Notes under the pieces: model-generated
Databases searched by the model: none
What the model was told of the DNA's origin: nothing
Seen by the model: only the letters and a program-made list of their open reading frames with translations
Part shown: in pieces, positions 39,206 through 48,548 of the stretch
How positions within the stretch are numbered: the first letter of the stretch is position 1
How the letters are laid out: every line of letters starts with the position of its first letter
IMG/VR virus record: IMGVR_UViG_2595698952_000001
Coordinates: 179,051 to 243,050 of that record
Source: a virus
Lineage: Duplodnaviria; Caudoviricetes
DNA: 64,000 nucleotides
Direction: 5' to 3' (one strand)
Made by a program: the position numbers and the translations under genes

Positions 39206-40459
39206 ATGTCAGATAAAACACTTGAGACCTCAGTGGTCAATATTCTCTCGAGATTCCCTGACTTGCTGCGCCAGCGCGCAGAGTCAACGGAAGAATTCAA
39301 CGCGGTGCTTAACAATGAGCACATCACGCTGGTTGAGCAAAGCCTACTGGGTCTGGATTATCTTCCGGGTATTCTCGAAAAACTCCAAATCTTGCTGGCT
39401 GCTAACCAGTTGACCGCAATCTCTTTGCTGGTCGGTGTTCCTGAGGTAGATATCCTCGGCACCCTGGACAAAGTTAGCACCCAACGTAATGTCCTGGACA
39501 ACGCCGCACGCAGCGGCGCACGCCTGGCGAAGTTTGCCGTGGGCGAGTCATCCCGCTTTGGCTTGCCGTCATACGATAAAACCGCCATCGCTGTGGGTGA
39601 ATCTCGCCGTCCGGGTGGTCGTGGTCGAGGCAGTGATTTCATGATGGGCGCAAACGCCAAGTATGACGATTACTCCTCTATTGGTGGCGATAACGTGACC
39701 AATAACGACAACAGCCGTAACGACAACCGTACCACGAACCACACGGTCAATAACATTGACGGTTCGGGTAAGGCCGGGAAAGTCGCCGCGACTCTGCCGA
39801 GCAATACCTTGAAACAACTGCATGAGCAGGAAGGGTTGTCGAACGGTAAGCTGTTCTCTGTGACCTTCGAGCGTGACGGTAATAAGGTTGAGCTGCCAAT
39901 GCAGTTACGCCTGGCGGTGAAATCCCTGCCAACCGAACAAATCGAAACCATCATTGCATTCAGCGACCAGACCAAAACGTTCTGGGAACGTGTGCTGCGT
40001 GCCAAAGTGGGTTCTCTGAGCTACGCGAAAGACATCGCGCTGTGTAACGACCTTATCGACGAGTACCGTAAGAACCGCTACCGTGATAAGTCCGGCTACT
40101 ACCGCAAGATGATGGAGAAGAAGAACGGCAACTGGCTGTCTGGTCTGCTGAGCCTGTCTCCGTCTATCAACAATGCCTCGTCTATCATGGTGGTGTCGCA
40201 GGACACTATCGACGGGCTGTCTGCCCAGCTCGGTGGTGACTTCGACGACTTCAACGTCCGTCAGCGTGTGTTCCAGGATACCCTGACAGTTTACTACGTT
40301 GTGGTAGACACCGTCTGGAACCGTGTCACCATCTATACTCGTGGCCAGGCTTCTCCGCGTGAAATGGACAAGTCTGACTTTAGTAAAGCGAAGGCCGGTA
40401 GCGGCGATGTGAATAAAATCATCGAAGCTTATCGTTCAGGCGCGCAACCGGTTCTTTAA
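39206..40459 (+). CDS. Virion head protein (SPN3US gp50 / phiKZ gp89-like)
   Basis: Two AVGE-S sites; synteny in the head cluster. Confidence 0.65.
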   Translation: MSDKTLETSVVNILSRFPDLLRQRAESTEEFNAVLNNEHITLVEQSLLGLDYLPGILEKLQILLAANQLTAISLLVGVPEVDILGTLDKVSTQRNVLDNAARSGARLAKFAVGESSRFGLPSYDKTAIAVGESRRPGGRGRGSDFMMGANAKYDDYSSIGGDNVTNNDNSRNDNRTTNHTVNNIDGSGKAGKVAATLPSNTLKQLHEQEGLSNGKLFSVTFERDGNKVELPMQLRLAVKSLPTEQIETIIAFSDQTKTFWERVLRAKVGSLSYAKDIALCNDLIDEYRKNRYRDKSGYYRKMMEKKNGNWLSGLLSLSPSINNASSIMVVSQDTIDGLSAQLGGDFDDFNVRQRVFQDTLTVYYVVVDTVWNRVTIYTRGQASPREMDKSDFSKAKAGSGDVNKIIEAYRSGAQPVL

Positions 40460-40469
40460 GGGGTAAGAA

Positions 40470-41408
40470 ATGCCGATTCCAAATGCGTTGGCGATGCTAC
40501 TGCCAACTTTCGAATCTACGAATTTGAAAAACCAACTGTCATCCAACTGCGATGCCATTGGTGATGCGTTGCTGCCACAGTTCGTGAACTTGCAAGAACT
40601 CGTGGGCACAGTCCAGGGCAAACCGTTTAAGTCTAAACCGGTTGCCGAGTTATCCGAGAACTTCGTGAAGTATCTCCATCAGTCCGGTCTGGACGTGAAG
40701 GGGCTGCGTAACGCCAGTATGCTCGAGTACGTGATTGCGTCCATGGAAAACGTTCTGCAACTGCGCCCGTTCCTGGAACAGTGCATTACCCGTGACATCG
40801 GCAAAACGCTGGTGACATCCTCGCTGACGTTCAACAAACAAACCGTGTTGCAGATACTCGACCTGATCGACTTCTTCACCGGTTACAGCAGCATCCTGGT
40901 CAACTACATCACCGCCGAAGAAATTGCGTCTATCGAAGGGTCGAACATTGCAGTGAAGGGAATCGGTCCGAAAGACCTTCAATACCTGCAAACGCGTTCT
41001 ATCTCTTACGGTATTGCGGTGCGTGTGCTGGCGACGCCGATTGCTAAGTTGAAAGCGGACTATGCGGAAATCCCCGAAGCTGTCTTCGATGAAGACACGT
41101 ACAACGATTTAGTCAAACAGTTCGGTTCGAGCTCGACTGATCCGTTGGGTATGTCTTCTGTGCCGTTCCCGTTATCGCTCATCTACCGTGCTCGCCTGAA
41201 CTGGGCCGAGTGGCAGATGGATCGTTACGACGAATGTGTCGAAGCTGCTAAGGCGACTGAACTGCGTATCCTGCTGTACAAAAAGCAACAGGCCGACGGT
41301 AAGGGTGATGCGCACATTGAGAAACTCATCGAAGCGCACGAAAAGCGTTTGATGGAACTCAAGTACAAACGTGAGCGTCTGGAGAAAAAATACGGGCTGG
41401 CTGCGTAA
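40470..41408 (+). CDS. Virion head protein (SPN3US gp51 / phiKZ gp90-like)
   Basis: 312 aa with C-terminal coiled coil; synteny. Confidence 0.65.
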   Translation: MPIPNALAMLLPTFESTNLKNQLSSNCDAIGDALLPQFVNLQELVGTVQGKPFKSKPVAELSENFVKYLHQSGLDVKGLRNASMLEYVIASMENVLQLRPFLEQCITRDIGKTLVTSSLTFNKQTVLQILDLIDFFTGYSSILVNYITAEEIASIEGSNIAVKGIGPKDLQYLQTRSISYGIAVRVLATPIAKLKADYAEIPEAVFDEDTYNDLVKQFGSSSTDPLGMSSVPFPLSLIYRARLNWAEWQMDRYDECVEAAKATELRILLYKKQQADGKGDAHIEKLIEAHEKRLMELKYKRERLEKKYGLAA

Positions 41409-41429
41409 GCCCGTTAGCAGGAGTGTCTC

Positions 41430-41990
41430 ATGTCTGTAGAAACCAATCCGGATTTTAATCTGGCCGAGAAGAAAATCAAAAACTTCATGGCCATCATGAC
41501 CCAAAACCCCGTGGAAACACACGACGATAAGTTGATTCACGAAACGCTGCAAGCGTGTGCGGTGGTCTTGCCTTACTTTCGTATGCTGGGTGCCCAGTCC
41601 GTCCAGGATGTATTATATGACGAATATCCGCAAGTCGGTTTTACGTTTAATACGTTCTACAACGAGTCTGTCGCATTCTTGCTGGATGGCAAGCGCCGTT
41701 CAACGTCCCTTGGCCAGTGGTCGGTGTTGATGACAACGTACATGAACGACGTACACAACACCAAGTCTGTAGAACATACCGGTGGGCTGGGTAGCCGCTT
41801 GATTGCAGCTGCTTACGGTCGTGCGGGTAAAGTTCGTGATATGGGTAAAGCACATCAAACGTGGACAGCGGATGCGCGCCTATTATCTTATGCAGACCAC
41901 GAACTGCTGGCACGGTGGATGACACGTCCTAACGGGTTGTCTGATATGATCTCGTCGTTAGCAGTGTTTTTAAAAATCGCACGTCCCTAA
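41430..41990 (+). CDS. Virion protein (SPN3US gp52-like)
   Basis: 186-aa ORF with AGGAG RBS; synteny. Confidence 0.6.
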   Translation: MSVETNPDFNLAEKKIKNFMAIMTQNPVETHDDKLIHETLQACAVVLPYFRMLGAQSVQDVLYDEYPQVGFTFNTFYNESVAFLLDGKRRSTSLGQWSVLMTTYMNDVHNTKSVEHTGGLGSRLIAAAYGRAGKVRDMGKAHQTWTADARLLSYADHELLARWMTRPNGLSDMISSLAVFLKIARP

Positions 41991-42045
41991 GGGGGCCCCT
42001 ATCCAGGGGCGTGTAATTGGGTTATAACCAAAGGAACCAAACGAA

Positions 42046-43326
42046 ATGGCAAATTTTGCACAACGTAAGATGGCCCGCGAGTCCGTTGAGACCGAAGGCG
42101 ATGTAATCGACGGTATCAGCAACGTTGAACCGGCTGAAGAAAACATCGACGTCCAGCTGGCCGAAGTTGCCTCTATGGACGGTCAGCTCGAGCAGCTGGA
42201 AGGTGACGGCGAAACTCTGTCTACTGACACCCAGCGTACCGAAGCAGCGATCGACTCTGCTGACGAAGCGATCGAAAACGGCGAAGAACAACCGGAAGAA
42301 GCCATTGCCCACACCGAAGTGGCGCAAGAGTCTATCCGTCGTCGCTGGGGCATTGACCGCACCAAACTGGCGCGTGAATCATTCCGCCGTGGTCGCGGCA
42401 TGACCAAAGCCGCTCAGGAAGGCTGGAAAGATACCCTGAAGGATCTGTACAAGCGCTTCATCGAATTCTGTAAAGAAGTGATTGGCAAGATCAAAGATCT
42501 GAAACTGAAATACATCAACGTTGGTAAGTCGGCACAGAAACGTGCGAAGGCGTACCAGGAAGCGATCCGTAAGCTGGGCAAAGTTAAGAGCGGCAAAGAG
42601 AACATCTCTGGCGGCTTCATTAGCAAACTGTCTATCGAAGGTAAATTCGACGTTGCTGGTTCTATCGCTATCGCGAAAGACGTGACCGGCGGTAAAGTGA
42701 AAGGCGCGATCACTGCTCTGTCTAAACAGGCTGATGAAACTGCGGTTGCTGTTGCCAAAGGCACCGGCGATGCGTTCTCTGCGCTGAAAGGCAACGAAGC
42801 TGTGACTCTGTTCGGTACTGCTGCGACCAAACTGCGCAACCTGCCGCAGTTCGAAGATGCTGAATCTCAGCGTCTGCTGGCCCTGCCGGGCAACGCGTAC
42901 ATCCAGTCTGGTAATAAGAAACTGGCTGGCGGTCATGATTTCACCGCGATCGCGTTCATGTCAACTGGCGACAACAGCGAAGAGAAAGAAGTGTCTGTAC
43001 CTAACGCTTCTGCTCTGTCTTCTGCTGCGTCTGCGCTGGACTCTATCGGCAAGAGCTTTGAAGCTGTGCTGAAAGATTTCCGTGTGTATGACACCGAAAT
43101 CGAGAAGCTGCAACAGGCAGCTGAGAAAGCGGCTTCTGCGCTGGATAAATCCAACGACGAAACCGAGTGGGAAGGTCTGCGTTCTGCACGCTCTGCGGCT
43201 GACCAGTCTGTTAAGAACTACCAGACTCTGAACCGTGCCGTGAACTACGTTGGTAACACTGTTATCAGCGGCCTGAACGGTTACATCGGTGCTGGTATCG
43301 GCGCGTACGAAAAGTCTAAAGCTTAA
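42046..43326 (+). CDS. Abundant internal head / ejection protein, paralog 1 (SPN3US gp53-like)
   Basis: Acidic propeptide with ARE/AQE sites; strong codon bias; paralogous to the next gene. Confidence 0.75.
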   Translation: MANFAQRKMARESVETEGDVIDGISNVEPAEENIDVQLAEVASMDGQLEQLEGDGETLSTDTQRTEAAIDSADEAIENGEEQPEEAIAHTEVAQESIRRRWGIDRTKLARESFRRGRGMTKAAQEGWKDTLKDLYKRFIEFCKEVIGKIKDLKLKYINVGKSAQKRAKAYQEAIRKLGKVKSGKENISGGFISKLSIEGKFDVAGSIAIAKDVTGGKVKGAITALSKQADETAVAVAKGTGDAFSALKGNEAVTLFGTAATKLRNLPQFEDAESQRLLALPGNAYIQSGNKKLAGGHDFTAIAFMSTGDNSEEKEVSVPNASALSSAASALDSIGKSFEAVLKDFRVYDTEIEKLQQAAEKAASALDKSNDETEWEGLRSARSAADQSVKNYQTLNRAVNYVGNTVISGLNGYIGAGIGAYEKSKA

Positions 43327-43397
43327 TCGTATAGCTGTAGCTCGGTTTCCAAATCATTAACGGCGGTACAAGTGTGCCGCCCAGAGGATCAAAGAAG

Positions 43398-44651
43398 ATG
43401 GCAAATTTTGCGCAAAAACAAGCTGCCCGTGAATCGATCGAAGGTGCAGGCACCATCGTTCCGGACGGTATCGAACTGCCAGCGGAGTCCGTAGAAGGTA
43501 CTCTGGCTGACATCGAGCACGACACCAAACCTATCGACCAGATGGATGCGGAAGCAGACGTCCTGTCCGAAGATGGTGACGAAACTGATGCACAGCTGGA
43601 TGCAGTTGATTCTGCCCAGGCTGCTGCTGATGGCGAAGGTGACGACGCTGACATGGAAGCGGAAGAAGATATGCCTGACGATGCAGCCGATGCGCTGGAT
43701 GTTGCTCAGGAATCTATCCGTAAGCGTTGGGGCTTCGAACACCGCACCAGCGTTGCTCGCGAAAGCTACGGTTCTCGTAACCGCCGTAAGGTCGCTCGTG
43801 AATCCCTGTGGGATGACATCAAAGCGTTCCTGAAGCGTATCTGGGAATGGCTGAAAGAGCAGGGTCGTAAAGTGAAAGACCGCTGGCTGAAATTCAGCAA
43901 CCAGGGTAAATCTATCCAGGCGCGCGCGAAAAAGTACGACGGTGCGATCCGTAACCTCGGCAAGCAGAAGAAAGACACCATTTCTGGTGGCTTCATCAAG
44001 CAGCTGACCAAAGGCGGCAAGTTCGTTGGTAACGACGTACCTGCGCTGAAAGCGGTATCCGATGAAATCGGTGCTATCTACGCTGCGCAGGAAACCACCG
44101 TGTCTAAACTGACCGGTCTGGTGGCTGGCGTTGAAGGTGGCAAACTGAAGGCTGGCTTCGCAGAAGCGGTCAACGGTAGCGTACTGAAGAAAAATGGCAA
44201 CGTTGACCTGCTGGGCAACCAGGTAGGTAAAGCAGAAATCACTGGCGAAGGCGACGAAGTCAATGCGTCCTTCACCGTGGTCGAAGCTGAAGGCAGCGTG
44301 GAAAGCTCGGTTTCTACTCCGAACGCATCTACCCTGTCCTCTCTGGTAGCCTTCTTCAACCAGCTCGGTAAGAAAGTGGAAGAAAACGTGAAAGCGTACC
44401 ACAAGAACAACCAGGCTGTTGATAAGTACGAACGTGCTATCGAAGGGCTGCTCAAGCGTATTGACAACGTGAAAATCGATGACAATCCTGAGCTGACCAG
44501 CAATGTCCGTGTTGCCCGCCGTGCTATCACTGTCGGTAACCAGATCATCTCCTACACTGAGCGCTGCATCGCGACTGGTCAGAAAAACCTGATCAGCGGC
44601 GTAAACGGCTACATCAGTGCTGGTATTGCTGCGCACGAAAAGTCTAAGTAA
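43398..44651 (+). CDS. Abundant internal head / ejection protein, paralog 2 (SPN3US gp54-like)
   Basis: Shares MANFAQ, VAQESIR..WG, ISGGFI and ISG.NGYI.AGI.A.EKSK with the previous gene. Confidence 0.75.
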   Translation: MANFAQKQAARESIEGAGTIVPDGIELPAESVEGTLADIEHDTKPIDQMDAEADVLSEDGDETDAQLDAVDSAQAAADGEGDDADMEAEEDMPDDAADALDVAQESIRKRWGFEHRTSVARESYGSRNRRKVARESLWDDIKAFLKRIWEWLKEQGRKVKDRWLKFSNQGKSIQARAKKYDGAIRNLGKQKKDTISGGFIKQLTKGGKFVGNDVPALKAVSDEIGAIYAAQETTVSKLTGLVAGVEGGKLKAGFAEAVNGSVLKKNGNVDLLGNQVGKAEITGEGDEVNASFTVVEAEGSVESSVSTPNASTLSSLVAFFNQLGKKVEENVKAYHKNNQAVDKYERAIEGLLKRIDNVKIDDNPELTSNVRVARRAITVGNQIISYTERCIATGQKNLISGVNGYISAGIAAHEKSK

Positions 44652-44664
44652 TTAGGCTGGCGAC

Positions 44665-44702
44665 ATCCCCCACTTCGGTGGGGGATTTCCCTTTCTTTTT
44701 TT
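44665..44702 (+). terminator. Rho-independent terminator
   Basis: ATCCCCCAC-TTCG-GTGGGGGAT plus T tract. Confidence 0.75.
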
Positions 44703-44724
44703 GTCCCGGATTATAAATTGTTTC

Positions 44725-44738
44725 AGATATATATTACC
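44725..44738 (+). promoter_or_regulatory. Early promoter (TATATTAC type)
   Basis: AGATATATATTACC contains the phiKZ early-promoter core TATATTAC. Confidence 0.7.
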
Positions 44739-44793
44739 TAAGTGAGATTCTATATTGAATCTTTTCCCCCAACCCATTTAAGGAATATTTATC

Positions 44794-45450
44794 ATGAACA
44801 ATATCTTAACTTTTGCTGGCGTTACCCCAACTGTTGTTGAGAACGGTCGTCTGTCATTCGCGAAAGGCGAAGACCGTATGTCTATTACTAAACTCGAACT
44901 CCACGCGATTAACCTGTGGCTGGCGAGCATGGATGCCCATAACCTACCAACCCTGTTGAAGGTCGGTAGTAGCATCTTCACTGTGGCGAATACCACCACC
45001 ATTCCGAGCCAGGAATACGTTGCCCTGCTGAAAGCAACAAAGGCTGGTCAGTTCGGTACCGATACTTTACTGCAATGCGGTGCACGCTTTATCCACGACG
45101 AAGTGGAGATGATTGGTAATGCCGACAACCCACTGTATCTGCGCCAGGTTGAAGGGGCATGTGAAGCGGTGTTCGGTTATTCGGTTACCGTACCGAACGG
45201 GACTGAGAAAGACCTCGTGGAAAGCGTCGTGAAAGATGCCATCAAATCCACAGCCACGAAACTCGGCAGCGGGTCTATCCCAACCATCACCCGTCAGCTG
45301 AGCACCCTGGCCGAAGAAGTGCACCTGCAAACCCTGCTGCAAAGCTACGAACGTATGACCGTTACCGTCCACGCGTCTTCCCTGCTCGATGACCTGTTGG
45401 ACGTTGTCGACAGTTTGATGCTGCCGGTCACCCTGAAAGAAGCCGCATAA
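44794..45450 (+). CDS. Hypothetical early protein
   Basis: 218-aa ORF with TAAGGA RBS after the early promoter. Confidence 0.75.
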   Translation: MNNILTFAGVTPTVVENGRLSFAKGEDRMSITKLELHAINLWLASMDAHNLPTLLKVGSSIFTVANTTTIPSQEYVALLKATKAGQFGTDTLLQCGARFIHDEVEMIGNADNPLYLRQVEGACEAVFGYSVTVPNGTEKDLVESVVKDAIKSTATKLGSGSIPTITRQLSTLAEEVHLQTLLQSYERMTVTVHASSLLDDLLDVVDSLMLPVTLKEAA

Positions 45451-45513
45451 GCGGCTTTTTTACACTTCAACGTAACATTATGTTTTCGACCATTACCAGT
45501 AAGGAGTATTAAC

Positions 45514-46074
45514 ATGCGTACCATTAACCTGCAAGACGTAAAAGACATCGACGCTACTTCAACCCCACTGATGAACGAGCTGTCCATTCTCACGATGTCC
45601 AACGGCGAAGAAATTGTTATTCCTCGCCCGGTGATGCTTGGCCTGGCATTGTTTGTACATGCCGCCTACGGGGCCGCATCCAAGAAATCTATTCTGAATT
45701 ACGACGGCTACCAGTTCGTGATTCCTGACCGTCTGGATTACCAGCCGTTTATCGACCTCCAGATGTTCTACAAATACCTGATCTCCGCAGGTCTGTCACA
45801 CATGTCGAAAGTGTACATCCGCGACTATTCCCGTATTGAGCACTTCTACCGCCGCAAACAAGAGCGTGTACCGGTTGAAGTTGACGGCTATCAGACACGC
45901 CTTATCATGAAGCCACACTCCTTCGAGTTACTGGAGTGTGAGCTGGACATCGAACAGCATCAGTTACGCAATGACTTGATGCGTGGTTATAACCTGCCCA
46001 TGGGCGAAGTCAAAGGGTTGCGTGAACGATCTGGCGATGCAAACTGGTGGGCGAATTCCCGTGCTGCGAAATAA
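45514..46074 (+). CDS. Hypothetical protein
   Basis: 186-aa ORF with TAAGGAG RBS. Confidence 0.75.
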   Translation: MRTINLQDVKDIDATSTPLMNELSILTMSNGEEIVIPRPVMLGLALFVHAAYGAASKKSILNYDGYQFVIPDRLDYQPFIDLQMFYKYLISAGLSHMSKVYIRDYSRIEHFYRRKQERVPVEVDGYQTRLIMKPHSFELLECELDIEQHQLRNDLMRGYNLPMGEVKGLRERSGDANWWANSRAAK

Positions 46075-46083
46075 GGAGGTCGA

Positions 46084-46434
46084 ATGGAATTCCAATATAC
46101 AGCAAAAACCACACCATCGGCTGTTACCTTTCGTTTCGAAGAACGCGGGGTAAAGCATGAGTACGCTGTGTTAGCAGAGGATGTGCAGGACGCACTCCTC
46201 AAGATGACTGACCCGAATTGGCTAGGTGAGCTAACCCTGCGTTTAAAGACCCCTGTGGCCTGCACAGGGACGTTCTCAGGTGCAACCATGCAGCACATCG
46301 TTTTAGAGGTACAGGGCCGCTCAGCGCGTTTCACGTACTTTACAGACAGCATGGTCACCCGAACGTTTTCCCGTAATCAATTGGTACGCTGTATGCGTGG
46401 ACTGATTAAAGAACTGAATAAGGAAGCGAGATGA
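46084..46434 (+). CDS. Hypothetical protein
   Basis: 116-aa ORF with AGGAGG RBS. Confidence 0.7.
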   Translation: MEFQYTAKTTPSAVTFRFEERGVKHEYAVLAEDVQDALLKMTDPNWLGELTLRLKTPVACTGTFSGATMQHIVLEVQGRSARFTYFTDSMVTRTFSRNQLVRCMRGLIKELNKEAR

Positions 46435-47033
46435 AAATCTCTTTGATTGCAGCAGTAGACCGTAACAACGTGATTGGGCGTTCAGCTTCTTTTGCTTTGC
46501 CCTGGCGTCTACCGGCGGATTTGAAGAACTTCAAAGAAGTGACGATGGGGAAGACGTGTATCGTGGGGCGCAAGACCTGGGAGTCGTTTGACTCCACGCC
46601 ACTGCCGGGGCGTAAGTTCATCATCATTACCCGTCACCCGGATGACCTACAGGTCAAACTGCGTCGTCCGGAACAACCGCTGGATTCAGCAATAGGGGCG
46701 ACCAGTATCGGTGCTGCCCTGGCGTTGTGTGAAGAAGAGGGGTTGAATGAGGTGTTCATTATCGGAGGTGCTGAGATTTATCATCAGTGCTTGCCGATGG
46801 CGCACGCAGTTTACCTTTCACGGATTGATCTCGTGGTAGAAGACGGGGACGTGTTCTTCCCGGATATCAACCGCGACGATTTCCGTTTGGATGTCAGTCT
46901 CACGCATCTGCCGGACGGTGAATCCCACACCCACCGCTGGACGTATCAAATCTGGAACCGTATTGAAAAACCTAAGCCGGTTCGTCGTTACCCTGGTCAC
47001 GTTGTCAAAAATCTTTCTCTGGAATTACGCTAA
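46431..47033 (+). CDS. folA: Dihydrofolate reductase
   Basis: ISLIAAVDRNNVIG, LPWRLPADLKNFK, GRKTWES, PLPGRK, VFIIGGAEIY, GDVFFP. Confidence 0.97.
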   Translation: MKISLIAAVDRNNVIGRSASFALPWRLPADLKNFKEVTMGKTCIVGRKTWESFDSTPLPGRKFIIITRHPDDLQVKLRRPEQPLDSAIGATSIGAALALCEEEGLNEVFIIGGAEIYHQCLPMAHAVYLSRIDLVVEDGDVFFPDINRDDFRLDVSLTHLPDGESHTHRWTYQIWNRIEKPKPVRRYPGHVVKNLSLELR

Positions 47034-47371
47034 TGAACCCGAACAACTCCTATCCCGTTAAACGTATCACCCTGACTGAAGAAGGCGCAGTAACTGCTCG
47101 TGCGTTGACCAGCTGCCCCATGAAACTGACAGACGTGCTTATCGGCCAGGACGGTATCTTCCTGATTTTCGGTGAGCGTGACCGTGTCTTCCACCGCGTC
47201 GACCAGCCCGAAGAGTTTCTGCAACTCGCCGCGACGTTGGGCGACCAGGAACAGACCTCTGATGTGGCTATCAACGTAACCCCGAGTGATTTGTTCATTG
47301 TACGTGACAAACACAGCGCTTGTGGTTTACGTGCAGTGCGCTGGAAACGCGAGTGGTTAGCTCGCGCCTAA
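47033..47371 (+). CDS. Hypothetical protein
   Basis: 112-aa ORF coupled to DHFR (TAATG). Confidence 0.65.
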   Translation: MNPNNSYPVKRITLTEEGAVTARALTSCPMKLTDVLIGQDGIFLIFGERDRVFHRVDQPEEFLQLAATLGDQEQTSDVAINVTPSDLFIVRDKHSACGLRAVRWKREWLARA

Positions 47372-47408
47372 TTAACCAATTCGACCATTACCCTTAAGGA
47401 ATACCACA

Positions 47409-48473
47409 ATGAGAGCACCGCAAGCAGACGCAACCTGGATGAAGTTTGGCGACGATATTGAGCAAGCTATCGGCGCAATGCCAAAACCTAAGACCCCGGA
47501 AGAATTAAGAATTGAGCAGTTTGCTGAATTCAAAATCGAAACCCATCGTAAACAGTTAGGCGCGTACGGTCTGGTTAATTCGTTTAACCGCCTCCTTCGC
47601 CTGACCGTTTCAGTTGAAGCCCGCCGCAAGATGACGATGCCTGATCTTGACGAAGTGCTCCGTAAACACCCGCGTCTTTTTAAAGAGACAACGACGGTAA
47701 CGGAGTTCTTTGAAATGGGCTTACCTAAGTTAAGACTTAAACCGGAAGAGGTTATGATATTCAACCAGGCGTCGGGTTGTTGGATATCTTACCTTGACGT
47801 TATCGAGCGTACAGATGTCTCTCAGTTAACGCTGGGTGAGCTGAAAGTAATGAAGCGCGATGTTGGCTATACGGTTGATCTCAAAGCAATCATCGCTGCG
47901 CTCGAGAATGAAATCTTTGAAGTTGAAAAGCTACGGGTTAAGATTACGGTGAAGGGTAACTTCGGCAAACGTTCCTACAAAGCCATGTGGCCAACGCCGG
48001 TGTCGGCCACTACGCTGGCGGTGAACTGGATACAGAAGCGACTGGCATCTATGCAGGTGTATCCGGAGGAGGTGCAGTTTACACTTCCGGATGGACGCAA
48101 AGCTGACGGTATCCATTTGGTGTCAACCAAATCTAAACTACGCATCACTGACCTCCGTTTCAAAGACGAGGACTTATTACCCGTGGGTACCCGACCAACA
48201 ACAGTCGGCGCACTGGAGAACAAAATTCTCCAGCAAGAAGGGGTGATGGTTGTTCTGCGTCTTCCTGCAAACAACACACTACCTTACTTCTTCATCAAAC
48301 GGTCTGCTGACAATCTTCCCGTTCAGGAATACGTCCGTAGAGTGTTGAGTCGATATGAACTCAACCCGGAAGATGTGGTGTTCATTCACGGTGATACAAT
48401 GCGTCCGTTTAATCCGGATGAGTTTTACACCATGGGACAGTTACGCGAAACCTATAAGGGTAAAGCGAAATAA
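47409..48473 (+). CDS. Hypothetical protein with internal repeats
   Basis: Repeated LEN.I...E...V and PE(E/D)V.F segments. Confidence 0.75.
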   Translation: MRAPQADATWMKFGDDIEQAIGAMPKPKTPEELRIEQFAEFKIETHRKQLGAYGLVNSFNRLLRLTVSVEARRKMTMPDLDEVLRKHPRLFKETTTVTEFFEMGLPKLRLKPEEVMIFNQASGCWISYLDVIERTDVSQLTLGELKVMKRDVGYTVDLKAIIAALENEIFEVEKLRVKITVKGNFGKRSYKAMWPTPVSATTLAVNWIQKRLASMQVYPEEVQFTLPDGRKADGIHLVSTKSKLRITDLRFKDEDLLPVGTRPTTVGALENKILQQEGVMVVLRLPANNTLPYFFIKRSADNLPVQEYVRRVLSRYELNPEDVVFIHGDTMRPFNPDEFYTMGQLRETYKGKAK

Positions 48474-48476
48474 CAT

Positions 48477-48507
48477 CAGGGGGCTTCGGCTCCCTGTTTT
48501 TTTTTTT
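48477..48507 (+). terminator. Rho-independent terminator
   Basis: CAGGGGGC-TTCG-GCTCCCTG plus long T run. Confidence 0.75.
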
Positions 48508-48548
48508 GCATTTTCAGCCAGTGATATGACTACAACGAGGGAAAGCCC

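Noticed and set aside
43389-44636. 415-aa antisense ORF over the internal head protein
   Set aside because: Same codon-bias shadow in a highly expressed gene
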